From positions 7,938,001 through 8,002,000 of the forward strand of contig NC_058383.1 in NCBI RefSeq assembly GCF_018350175.1: a stretch of 64,000 nucleotides of DNA, read 5' to 3'. Made by a program: the position numbers and the translations under genes. The notes under the pieces are model-generated. The model had not been told where the DNA came from. It worked only from the letters and a program-made list of their open reading frames with translations, and did not search any database. Each line of letters starts with the position of its first letter. Position 1 is the first letter of the stretch. The stretch comes from Felis catus. Lineage: Eukaryota. Shown one piece after another: positions 10,601 to 20,100 of this stretch.

Positions 10601-12841
10601 AGGGCAGAGCACCTCCGGCAGCCAGAGGGGGGTTCCTCTGATTCTGGTCCATTGCTTCCATCTCACCGATAATGGAACTCCTGTGGAAGGGAGGAGGGGG
10701 AAGGGCAGGCCTTGGAGATGTTTTGTTTTCTGCCACCACCCTGGGGGCAGGCCCCTCCCTGACCCAGGGCTTGGCAGTGACAGCCCTTTCCAGAAGCCAA
10801 AGGTCAGGGTCCTCTAAGCTCCCTCCACCTCCCTGCCGCCAGCTGCTCAGGGTGTTTCTGTTGGCAGGCAAGAATACAATTTGTGGCACGGAGAAGATCT
10901 TCCTGGCGGCTTCCAGAACACAGGCATCTGGGAAGGTACTTCTCACCAGAGGCAAGGGTGGGGGCAAAGCTGGTGGATGGAGATAGGCCGAGAAGGCATC
11001 ACAGCCAGACACGATGTGGCTGTGAGGGCTGCGTGGGTCCTGCCAGCTGGTTTACAGGTGCTGCGCCCCTGGGCTAGGCCAGTTTCTCTGCAGCCTCCTG
11101 ACCCCTGAGCCCCCACGTGGTCCTTGCCGACCCTCGTCTTTTCTCTGCTCCTCCCCATGCCCACCCTTTCCCTCCCCCATGCCTTTGCAAGTACTGCACC
11201 TCTGTCTGGAAGGTTCCCCTTGCTGGGAGCTCTGCAAGTCCCAATCCCACTCAGTCTCCCACTCTGGTTCAAACACTGCCTCTCCATGGAGCATCCCGTG
11301 TGTTCGGGCTCTTCTGATTCCCAGTTGTCGTGGAAAGCCACCATGTCCCACAAGCCACCATGTCCCGTGGTGCAGGGAGATGAAGAATCTCTAGCCACCA
11401 CCATCCCTGCCCCTGGGCAAGTCCTGCCCTCCCAGTTCCTCCAGACAAACAATGGGGAGGGGCTACAGGTGGCGGAGAGCAGCCGGATCCTGCCCCCAGA
11501 GACCACCCCCTGTGAGAGTCTCAGATGTACTCACAGTTGGTGGGAGGACAGGGCCATGCCGAGGGCTCCATGGGCACAGAAATCTGCCCGGTCCGGCCAG
11601 GGCAGGGCGGGATCAGAAGACTGCAGAAGCACCCTCACCTGAGCCAGTCTGCAGGCCGGGCAGTGCTGTGGGCTGGTGCATAAGCCGTGTGCTTCCTGCT
11701 TCCAGGAACACAGATACCAGTGAGGTCGTGGAGATCTCTGTGGGCTGTGATGGAGGGACCCACTGGAGGGGCTTTAAGGGCAGGGAGCCAGACATGCATT
11801 TCGAGCAGTTCACTCAGGGTGAATTGAGGGGGGCAGCCCTAAAGTGGGGAGACCAAGGGGATGGCTCTGCTGTAATGTAGGTGAAGGATGATGAGGCTGG
11901 GTGGGGACGGGGGATGGGAGGAGTGGATAGCAGAAGTAATTTAGATGCCAGTGAGCTGGGCCAGGCTTGTTGCTCACAGGCTGGGGAAGGGAGAAGGCCT
12001 GGATGGGGGGAGGGACACTGCCTGGTCGGGGCAGAGGCAGCAGGTGGGGGCGCACTGAGTACGGGGGCTGGTGAATAGGGGTACAGAGGCATCACCAGCT
12101 CTGGCCTATCTGAAGCCTGGGGAGAAGTCTTGGCCAGTGGGTGGCTGGGAGGCCGCAGGAAGAATACAGGTGCGGAAAAGAGCAGAGTGAAGGGCAGGGT
12201 CCCCAGGATGACCTTGAAGGAGGCAGAAAGCAGAAATGGTCGTGGAAGTGCCTGGAGAGCCTGGAGCCTGCGGCTTGGAGGCCGAGGAGTGGGGGATGTG
12301 CAGGACTGGGAAAATGGCGGCTGAAAGCACGCCCACTCCAAGAGAAGATTCTGGGCACTGCTGGTTTCTGCTTGCTGTGGTTCCCGTGGCCGTGAGGCAG
12401 TGTGTGCCGGTGGCCCTCGAGCAGGGCCTTCCTCCTGTTCCACCCTCGCCCAGGTCACCCCTGAGCCTGCCCGTGGCCATGACTTTTGACCCTAGGCGTG
12501 TCAGGGGGCTGTGTTTCTCTGTCACTTGGGGCCAGCCCCCCAGGCTCACTCTCAGCCCGGCCCTTTTTTCTGCAGATGAGAATCTGAAGGAAGACAGATT
12601 CGCCCTTGAAAACATCTACAGCCATTTCCAGCCCTCTCTGGAGAACGTTGACCCTACTACAGAGGTGACTCAGGGGTCTGTCCCCAGCCCTGCCATCCAC
12701 CACCCTGGGCTGCCTGGGGGGTGGTGGGCACCCTTGGTCTAGAGGCAGGTAACTTCCATTGGAGCCTCCTGGGCCTCACCTCCTCTCTCCCGCCCCCAGC
12801 TCCACATCCAGAGGCCCAGGGTCCTGACAACTGCTCAGTGA
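1..12841 (+). CDS. MUC12: Mucin-12 ortholog, 5'-partial spliced CDS: join(<2..4265,4738..4839,5309..5436,5780..5844,8596..8747,9057..9131,9246..9408,10116..10277,10868..10935,12576..12664,12800..12841)
   Basis: All introns are GT-AG with continuous phase. The spliced C-terminal region (CQNGTIWNGKECVCAQGFFGYQC, EIPEIINATLGVTVKVT, PQYRGVIIRRLFNGSVVV, EQCTQKAAKDYAQFYFVDELDGKLACV, CPTSDTHWYWGETC, TM, LHIQRPRV) closely follows human MUC12 as I recall it. It lies immediately upstream of MUC17, as in human. Confidence 0.9.
4410..4505 (+). repeat. (TTTTC)n-like low-complexity microsatellite
   Basis: Direct reading. Confidence 0.85.
4738..4839 (+). CDS. MUC12: MUC12 EGF-like/Cys-rich domain 1 exon (internal acceptor)
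   Basis: ttctaccccttcacag|GC acceptor in phase 1; encodes SQCQNGTIWNGKECVCAQGFFGYQCKSLVDSFFL; donor G|GTAATA. Confidence 0.8.
   Translation, partial: ASARMGPSGMEKSVSVPKASSVTNASPLWTPSS
5309..5436 (+). CDS. MUC12: MUC12 SEA domain exon a
   Basis: cccacag|AA acceptor; EIPEIINATLGVTVKVTNKNFTKDLNNISSPDYWNFTQLFKSQ; donor CAG|GTAAGA. Confidence 0.9.
5780..5844 (+). CDS. MUC12: MUC12 SEA domain exon b
   Basis: tttcag|ATG acceptor; MDKAYMGKDFPQYRGVIIRRL; donor TT|GTGAGT. Confidence 0.9.
7395..8340 (-). mobile_element. Old L1 3'-end fragment, interrupted by a SINE
   Basis: Typical reverse L1 3' motifs (cattctactttctgtctctatgaat, ttcatccatgttgcagca, cccagaagtggaattgctgggtcatatggta). Confidence 0.75.
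7588..7802 (-). mobile_element. CanSINE (SINEC) with TSD aactctgtacc
   Basis: (GA)n body, gagatcatgacctgagcc motif, direct repeats near 7570 and 7804. Confidence 0.85.
8596..8747 (+). CDS. MUC12: MUC12 SEA domain exon c, with G|SVVV autocleavage motif
   Basis: tttag|C acceptor; FNGSVVVEHDVIMETNYTSEFEELFANLSKLIKVKIMNETKR...ECR; 152 nt, the same size as the paralogous MUC17 exon 7. Confidence 0.92.
9057..9131 (+). CDS. MUC12: MUC12 post-SEA linker exon
   Basis: tggcag|CC acceptor; ASSHLCFSEEATIVSENVMLGFDLK; donor G|GTAAGC. Confidence 0.85.
9246..9408 (+). CDS. MUC12: MUC12 EGF-like/Cys-rich domain 2 exon
   Basis: cccag|AG acceptor; EQCTQKAAKDYAQFYFVDELDGKLACVTKCTSGTKLQLNCNEGECQLQRSGPRC; 163 nt, as MUC17 exon 9. 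Confidence 0.92.
10116..10277 (+). CDS. MUC12: MUC12 transmembrane exon
   Basis: LCPTSDTHWYWGETCALSTSKS, hydrophobic LVYGSVGAVGALLVVMVVILTVFLG, then RSQRKLHR; 162 nt, as MUC17 exon 10. Confidence 0.92.
10868..10935 (+). CDS. MUC12: MUC12 cytoplasmic exon 1
   Basis: ttggcag|G acceptor; QEYNLWHGEDLPGGFQNTGIWE; donor G|GTACT. Confidence 0.85.
12576..12664 (+). CDS. MUC12: MUC12 cytoplasmic exon 2
   Basis: ttttttctgcag|AT acceptor; DENLKEDRFALENIYSHFQPSLENVDPTTE; donor GAG|GTGAC. Confidence 0.88.
12800..12841 (+). CDS. MUC12: MUC12 last coding exon (LHIQRPRVLTTAQ*)
   Basis: cccccag|CTC acceptor; HIQRP motif shared with the MUC12/MUC17 tails; TGA at 12839-12841. Confidence 0.88.
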   Translation, partial: LHIQRPRVLTTAQ

Positions 12842-13115
12842 GTGACACAAGAGGCTCCCACCGCTCATCCAGATTTGGACAAGACAGCAGATAGAGCCCA
12901 CGACAGCGCTACTCCCCACCTCCCCTGTTGGTCCAAAGGAAACTGACATCGGGGCCTGAGGTGGCCCGGCTCAGAGCTGGTGGGCTTGGTCTGGGCCCTG
13001 CTGTGAGCCCCCCTCTGCTTTTTCACACTCCGTCCAGGAGTCCAAGGGCTGCCCAGACACCCCGACATCATTGTTTGCTCCAGAGACGCCCCACTCTGGA
13101 ATTCCCCCTCCCCCC

Positions 13116-13121
13116 AATAAA
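13116..13121 (+). terminator. MUC12 polyadenylation signal AATAAA
   Basis: Canonical hexamer about 275 nt after the stop, followed by a GT/T-rich tract near 13146-13165. Confidence 0.7.
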
Positions 13122-13889
13122 AGAGCTAGGCTTAAAGTAGAGAGCTGTGAGTGGTTTCTTTCTCTCCCCTGCAGGGGCCTGGAGCTCAGGAAGCCCTTCT
13201 TGGGGACAGCACTCCTCCCAAGATTAGATGCCAAATCTGGACATGGGACACCCAGCACTCTCAGCCCCTTCTTGTGACCACATGTAGAACATGGAGCATG
13301 GAGCTCCTCGCCTGTCTAGGCCAGGGCAGAATCGGGCCCACCTCTGCCTGAGGTCACTGTGGCAGACGAGCCTGGGGTCAGAACTTGGGGGCCTCAGGCC
13401 CAGGGAGTGATGGGTGGGAGCCCACAAAAGGCAAGGAAAGGAGTGAGGACTTGGCTCTGTTGACCTTGGGGTAGGGCAAGGTCACTCTGCACGGCCGTGG
13501 AAACTTGTGCTCACCTGGGAGCTCACAGATAGATCTCAGGGCCCACAGATCCAAGAATGCAGCCATCCCGGAGCTGGGCACTGGCCTAGGTGTGGCCATG
13601 ACTTGCACCCCATGTCCTGGTAGGGTCATCAGGGTCAGTAATGAGAGCTTGAGAAGAAGGGAGGGGGAGTCACCTTACCAGGGGGCTGGAGGGGAATGAT
13701 GGGCACTCTTCTCCTCTCAGGTTCAGGCCCAGCCTCTTCTCCAAGGGTGGGAACCTCCCTCCAAGGGTCTTCTCAGTTCTCCCAGGCTGCTTCAGGGCCC
13801 TGTGCCTGCCCCTCTACCTGGGTGACAAACCTGGTGGCCTGTGTGCCTGCGTGCTGCCTGGCAAGGGAGGGGCTCCCCTCCCTCTGCCC

Positions 13890-14086
13890 TTTGGCCTGAA
13901 ATAAAATCCGCACCCCCAGTCAGGATAGAAGCTCACACACTGACTCAGGTGGGCTGGCCTCAGCTTTCCAGTGTCTCAGGGATCAAAGGGCTCTGGGGCC
14001 CATTTATTACTGGGGTTCTTTGGCTGATACTCATTTTGCGCATTCCTGAGAGGGTGAATGGCAGGTGCACTGCCCTCCGAGCTCCA
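13890..14086 (+). promoter_or_regulatory. MUC17 proximal promoter/5'UTR with candidate CDX (TTTATTAC 14003-14010), TCF/LEF (ATCAAAG 13982-13988) and GATA-core sites
   Basis: Immediately upstream of the signal-peptide ATG. The motifs are short consensus matches only, consistent with intestinal expression. Confidence 0.45.
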
Positions 14087-14168
14087 ATGTCAAGACTGGT
14101 GACCATGATGCTCTGCCTGCTGCCCCTTGTCCTTCAGCTCCTGTCTTGCCATGCTGCTGCTGGGCAGG
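14087..14168 (+). CDS. MUC17: MUC17 exon 1 (signal peptide)
   Basis: [27 protein letters not shown]; donor G|GTGAGT; resembles the human MUC17 leader MPRPGTMALCLLTLVL. Confidence 0.88.
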
Positions 14169-17100
14169 GTGAGTGAACCCCCACCTCGCCTCTTCTCCCC
14201 GGTCTGCCCAGGCTCGAGGGAGGGCTGCTTCCGGGGGCGGGCACAGGTTGGGGTATCCTCTGCCTGGAGCTCAGCTCATGTCCCTCACCCTCTCTTCTCC
14301 CCAGCTACATTCGGGAGAAGAGCCAGGGCTTTGGGGTGCGTCCAAGTTAGCCTTTCTGAGCTTGCTTCCTCTCCAGAAAGAGAATAAGAACTCGGACTTG
14401 TCCGGGCTGGAGGGTTAGACTGAAACCGCCCCCCCTGCCCTGTGGTCCTTGGCATATAGCAGATGCTCAACACCCCCCCCCCCCCCGCCACAGTCCCTGA
14501 CATATAGCAGATGCTCAACCGATATTAGGGTCTGTCCTTACCCTGTGGATGTGCCCCTCCACCCCCCTGGCCACCTCCTCCCAAACATCCAGGCCTTCCT
14601 TTCATAAGAGACAAAAGCCTGAAGTCTCTGCTCTGACTCTTGTTCTGGCCATTTCTGTATCACCCCACCCCTGCCTTGTGCCCCGAGCATGTCCCAGGGC
14701 TGTCGGGCATCCCAGAACCAGGAAAGGGGCCACTGCTCTAGCCAAATGGGCACAAGCTGGGGTTTTGGGAGCCCCAGATTCTAAAAATGCAGTGAAACAG
14801 CTGTGTGCTGTGGGGCAGCTCAGTTCATCTCTGGCTTCAGTGTCTTCCCCTAAAGGACAAGGGTTGGGCCCACTAAGGGTTCCATGGCCATGGGGACTGG
14901 GCTCAGGTTGGCAGAGAATGACAGGGGTTCCTGGTCAGACCTTTCAAGGGTTCCCTCTGCCACTCGCCTGTCCCCAGAGAAAGAGGGAGGGGAAAAGGCA
15001 GAAACGAAACTGCAGGCCTCAGATTTGCACTCCCTTGAGACGTGCTCCAGGAATGGCCTGGGTGGGATGGGAAGGGGTCTTAGAGGCAAGAGTGGGGGCT
15101 CATGCTGGGCCCTGTGGATGTCATTCAGACTGCCATGTCCTGGACTGTGTTTTGCCCTGAGCTCAAAACACCAGGAGGAGCGGGGGCTCCTGGTTCCCTG
15201 GACCCAGACCTTGGGCAACTCTTCTCCAAAGAGGAAATGGAGTGGGGGCTGGGAAGAAAGCACCTGTAAATGTAATCCTGGGACTGGGGCCTCCTTGGCC
15301 CAAACCCACCCAAAGGAGACAAGGCCTTCTCTGGAGGCCTACCTGAGGGCTGACTGGCAAATGAAGAGAATGAGGGAAGACAGGGGGGCCGAAGTCTGGG
15401 ACAGGGTGGGGCAGTGGCTTGGCATGGTCTAAAGGGCTGGTTCACTGACCTGAACCCTGCCATCACTTGGCATGGACTCCCAATGTGATGACACCCAGAG
15501 CTGCCACCTTATTAGTACTGAGAATGACACCCTCTTCCCAGGCACTGTGTGTGCTGTCCAGATTCTTAGTGACTTATCTCTAATAGTGGCATTTTAGGCA
15601 CTAAAATGGGCCTTAGTTGGGGAAGATGTTTCCAGCTCCTTCTCATTCCTCCACTCCTCTGCTCTCCCCTTTCTGCTCTCTGTTCCTTCTTTCTGGCCCC
15701 TCCCTCCACTCCCTCTCCCTCTCTCCCCCTTCTTCTTTTTCTCCTCCTCCCACCCCTTGGTCTCTCCCACATTCTGCACCCTGTGGCTCATCGCATCTCC
15801 ACTCCCAGTCTCCCCCCTCAGTGAAATGGAGCCTTGAAGACTCTCTGGGATTCTGTGGTCCCCTCTCTGGGCATCAGCTGGTCTGTAGAGCCCTGGCCAG
15901 CCTTGAATGGCACCTGACTCTCCCATGTGTCCTTTTGGGGACCCAGAGCCACATCCCTTCTCAGGCTACTGGGCTGGGGATGCCTGAGTGGGGCGTGGGC
16001 CTTGAGGAAGAATCTGGTGGCCTTCACCTGGCTCTTCCCGGCAGGCACACCCTCTTCTGGCCGTCTGGCCCCTCCTTCCAGCACACCCTGGTTATATTGC
16101 TTGTCAATGAAACACAACATTCTGGGCCCAGTCGAGCCCCGTCCAGCCCTGGCAAGTGCTTCTTACCTCCCATATCCAGCACAGATGTGTCCAAGGCCTG
16201 GGTGCTCAGTCATCTCCTGCTCGCTTCCCTCCCTTCCCTTCCCCAACCTGAGTGCTTTTGCCCACCCATGTCCTCACCACCCTCCTACTGTCATCCTTCT
16301 CTTCAGGGAGTCACTCCAGTGGCTATCCCCCCAACTTCGCCTCCATCAACAAGGTCCTTCTCCTCTGAGGAGCCTTCCTAGGGGTCACCACTGACCTCTC
16401 TCTCCTTGAATCCACTGCTGCAACCACAGGTGACCAGAAAGAATTTCCCTTCCAGGGCCACCATAGCAAATTAGCACAACCTGAGTGTCTTAGAACAATG
16501 GAATTTCTTGTCTCACAATTCTGGAGGTCAGAAGTCCAAGATTAAAGTGTCAGCAGGCCATGCTCCCTCTGAAGGCAGTAGGGAAGGAAAGATCTATGCC
16601 AGGCCTCTCCCCTGGCATCTGGTAGCTGCTGGCAATAGACATTCCTTGGCTTGCAGGCACGTCACCCCGATCTCTGCCTTCATCTTTCCCTGAGGGGTTC
16701 TCCCTGTGTGCACGTCTCTGTGTCCAAACTTCTCTTCTTTTTTTTTAGTTAAGTTTATTTTTTTATTTTGAGAGAGAGAGAGAGAGAGAGCAGGGGACAG
16801 GTAGAAAGAGAGGGAGAGAGAGATTCCTAAACAGGCTCTGCGTGGTCAGTGTAGAGCCTGATGTGGGACTCGAACCTATGAACTGTGAGATCATGACCTG
16901 AAACCAAGAGTGTGGCATTTAACCGACTGAGCCACCCAGGGGCCCCCAAACTTCCCTTCTTGTGTTTTTGATTTTGGCTATTCTGACAGTGTGAGGTGAT
17001 ACCTCATTGTAGTTTTGATTTGCATTTCCCTTTTGATGAGTGATGTTGAGCATCTTCTCATATGTCTGTTGACCATCTGGATGTATTCTTTGGAGAAATG

Positions 17101-20100
17101 TCTGTTCACATCTGTCCATTTTTAAATTGGATTATTTGATTTTTGAGTGTTGAGTTTTATAAGTTCTTTTTTTTAAATGTTTATTTATTTGGAGAGATAG
17201 GGCTCGCAGGGGAGGGGCAGAGAGAGAGAGGGAGAAAGAGAATCCCAATCCTAGTCTGACAGTGCAGAGCCCAACACAGGGCTTGATCTCATGAACCATG
17301 AGATCATGACCTGAGCCAAAATCAAGACGTTTAACCCACCTAGACACCCAGGTGCCCCTGTGTAAGTTCTTTATATATTTAAGATACTAACCCCTTATAG
17401 GATATGTTGTTGCAAATATCTTCTCCCATATAGCAGGTTGTCTTTTAGTTTTGTTGATTTTTTCTTTTGCTGTGCAGAAGCTTTTTATTTTGATATACTC
17501 TCTGAATTTCCCTTCTTTTAAAAAATGTATTTAAATTCATGTCAGAATTTCCCCTTTTTATAAGGACACCAGTCATAATGGTCATAAGCCCACCCTAATG
17601 GCCTCATTTTCACTTGATTTCCTCTGTAAAGACCTATATCCCAATAAAGACATGTTCTGAGGTCCTGAGGGTTAGGAATTCAGTATAATTTTTTGAGGGA
17701 TGGATAAATTCAACCCATGACAATTGCCAAGAATCAAAAAAGCTAGATAGCATACTGGCTGTTGAGAATGTGGGAAAGAGACACTGCCAGCCACAGAAAG
17801 GGAGTGTGATTGGTACAGTTCTATAGAAGGTCTTTTTTTTTTTTTTTTTTTTTTTTTAGAAGGTCTTTGAGAAAAAAGGAACCCAATATCCAGGACACAT
17901 GCTCTTTTGCCTGGCAATTTCCATGTGTAGGAATTTGCCCAATGGATACACTCATATACCAATGCAAAGTCGCAAATACAGGGATATCCATATTCACCTT
18001 AGCAAATGACGTGGCGTCTCTCTGTTGCTCTTCTCTGAGTTCTCTTCTGTTCTTTTCCCTGCTTTTAAGGGCTCATGTGATAACATCGGTCCTGCCTTGA
18101 AAATCCAGGATAATCTACCTATTTGACCTGATCAGTCAATTGATTAGCAATGTCATACTTGCCAAGTTCCTTCTGCCACGTAACATAACATACTCTTGGA
18201 ATTAACACCAGGGGGCAGAGACCATGAGGACCAAAATTCTGCCTACCACACAGCCCAAACATCCATCTCTAAGAGGCAAATTAAATAAATCTATACATCT
18301 ATATCATGGAGCACTATGTAGTCATTACAAAGAAGGAGGTAGCTTAATATGCTTGAGACAATGAAAAAAAGCGAGACACAGAACCATGTGTACAGTATGC
18401 AACCATACCTCTTTTAAGCGCTTGTTGATGTATATAATATCTGAAAGGTCTCACAAGAAACCAGTAATAGTTGAGTCTGAAAAGGACAATTTGGATATAA
18501 GGTGGGAGAAAGGCTTATTTTGTAAGTTTTGTATCATATGTTACATTATGATATGATATACATAATTATTCCAAAATCAAACGCTGTTTCCTTTTTCTTC
18601 CTCCTTTTCTTCTTCTGCCTCCTCTTGCTTTTTTTTTTCTTTTACAGCACAGGAAGATAATCTTTACTATATTTTAAATAAAAACAGAGCAGATATCAAG
18701 TCCCCAGGTATTTTGATTATTATTCTTTTAAAATAAGGTTTCAGTAACAATAATCAGGAGCAAGACTTAACTGCACAGATATTTTGGTCATTATAATCAT
18801 CCAGGACACAAAAGCCAGCAACACGAAGTAAAATAAAGGTCATGGCTGTGAGAATTTTTGACGTGCCAAAAATATAGACCACTACATGAAACTCTATCTT
18901 TGTATTATCTCAATATTCTTCTTTTTCTAAAAAAAATTTTTAAACATTTATTCATTTTTTAAGAGACAGAAAGAGACAGTGCCAGTAGGGGAGGGACAGA
19001 GAGAGGGAGACACAGAATCCAAAGCAGGCTACAGGCTCTGAGCTGTCAGCGCAGAGCCTGATGTGGGGCTCGAACTCACAAACTGTGAGATCATGACCTG
19101 ACCTAAGCCAAAGTCCAGTGCTTAACCAACTGAGCCAGCCAGGCACCCCTTTTTTAATTTTTTAAATGCTTATTTATTTATTTTTGAGAGAGAGAGAAAG
19201 AGAGCGGGGAAGGGGCAGACAGAGGGAGATAGAGAATCCCAAGCAGGCTCCAGGCTATCAACACAGAGCCTGATGCGGGGCTCTAACTCACAAACTGTGA
19301 GATCATGACCTGAGCTGAAACCAAGAGTTGGACACTTAACCGACTGAGCCACCAGGTGCCCCTAAAATCTTTTCCTACATAAATGACGCTGCACACAATA
19401 AGAGATAATCTGCCAAATTACCATGAGATTGTTGATAGCTTTGAAGAGTCTTGCACATTTGTCATCCAGCACATTAATAAGTAACAATTAGTTTTTTAAG
19501 GAAGGACACACTGGAAGGGCGCCTGGGTGGCTCAGTCGGCTGAGCATCCGACTTCGGCTCAGATCATGATCTCATTCATGGTTCGTGGGTTCGAGCCTCG
19601 CGTCCAGCTCCGTGCCGACAGCTCAGAGCCTGGAGCCTGCTGAGGATTCTGTGTCTCCCTCTCTCCATGCTCCTCCCCTGCTCACACCCTGTCTCTCTCT
19701 CAAGAACAAATAAAGATAAAAAAAAATTTTTTTTAATTTTTTTTTCAACGTTTATTTATTTTTGGGACAGAGAGAGACAGAGCATGAACGGGGGAGGGGC
19801 AGAGAAAGAGGGAGACACAGAATCGGAAACAGGCTCCAGGCTCTGAGCCATCAGCCCAGAGCCCGACGCGGGGCTCGGACTCACGACCGCGAGATCGCGA
19901 CCTGGCTGAAGTCGGACGCCTAACCGACTGCGCCACCCAGGCGCCCCCCAAAAAAATTTTTTTAATAAAAAGAAAGGACACACTGGCAAATTGTTAAGTT
20001 AACGGCTTTGGCTGAACACTTTTAGTCTGTCACAGGTCAATAGCAATGGTAGAAACATTGACTACACAGTTCATGGTTCGGTCCTCCCATCTTACACTAC

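Noticed and set aside
10280..16400. Dense overlapping 60-250 aa ORFs on both strands
   Set aside because: GC-rich intron and intergenic DNA with no recognisable domains beyond the mucin exons already called. An antisense lncRNA cannot be supported from sequence alone.
19517..19620. tRNA-like A/B box sequences
   Set aside because: These are the tRNA-derived heads of CanSINEs, not tRNA genes.
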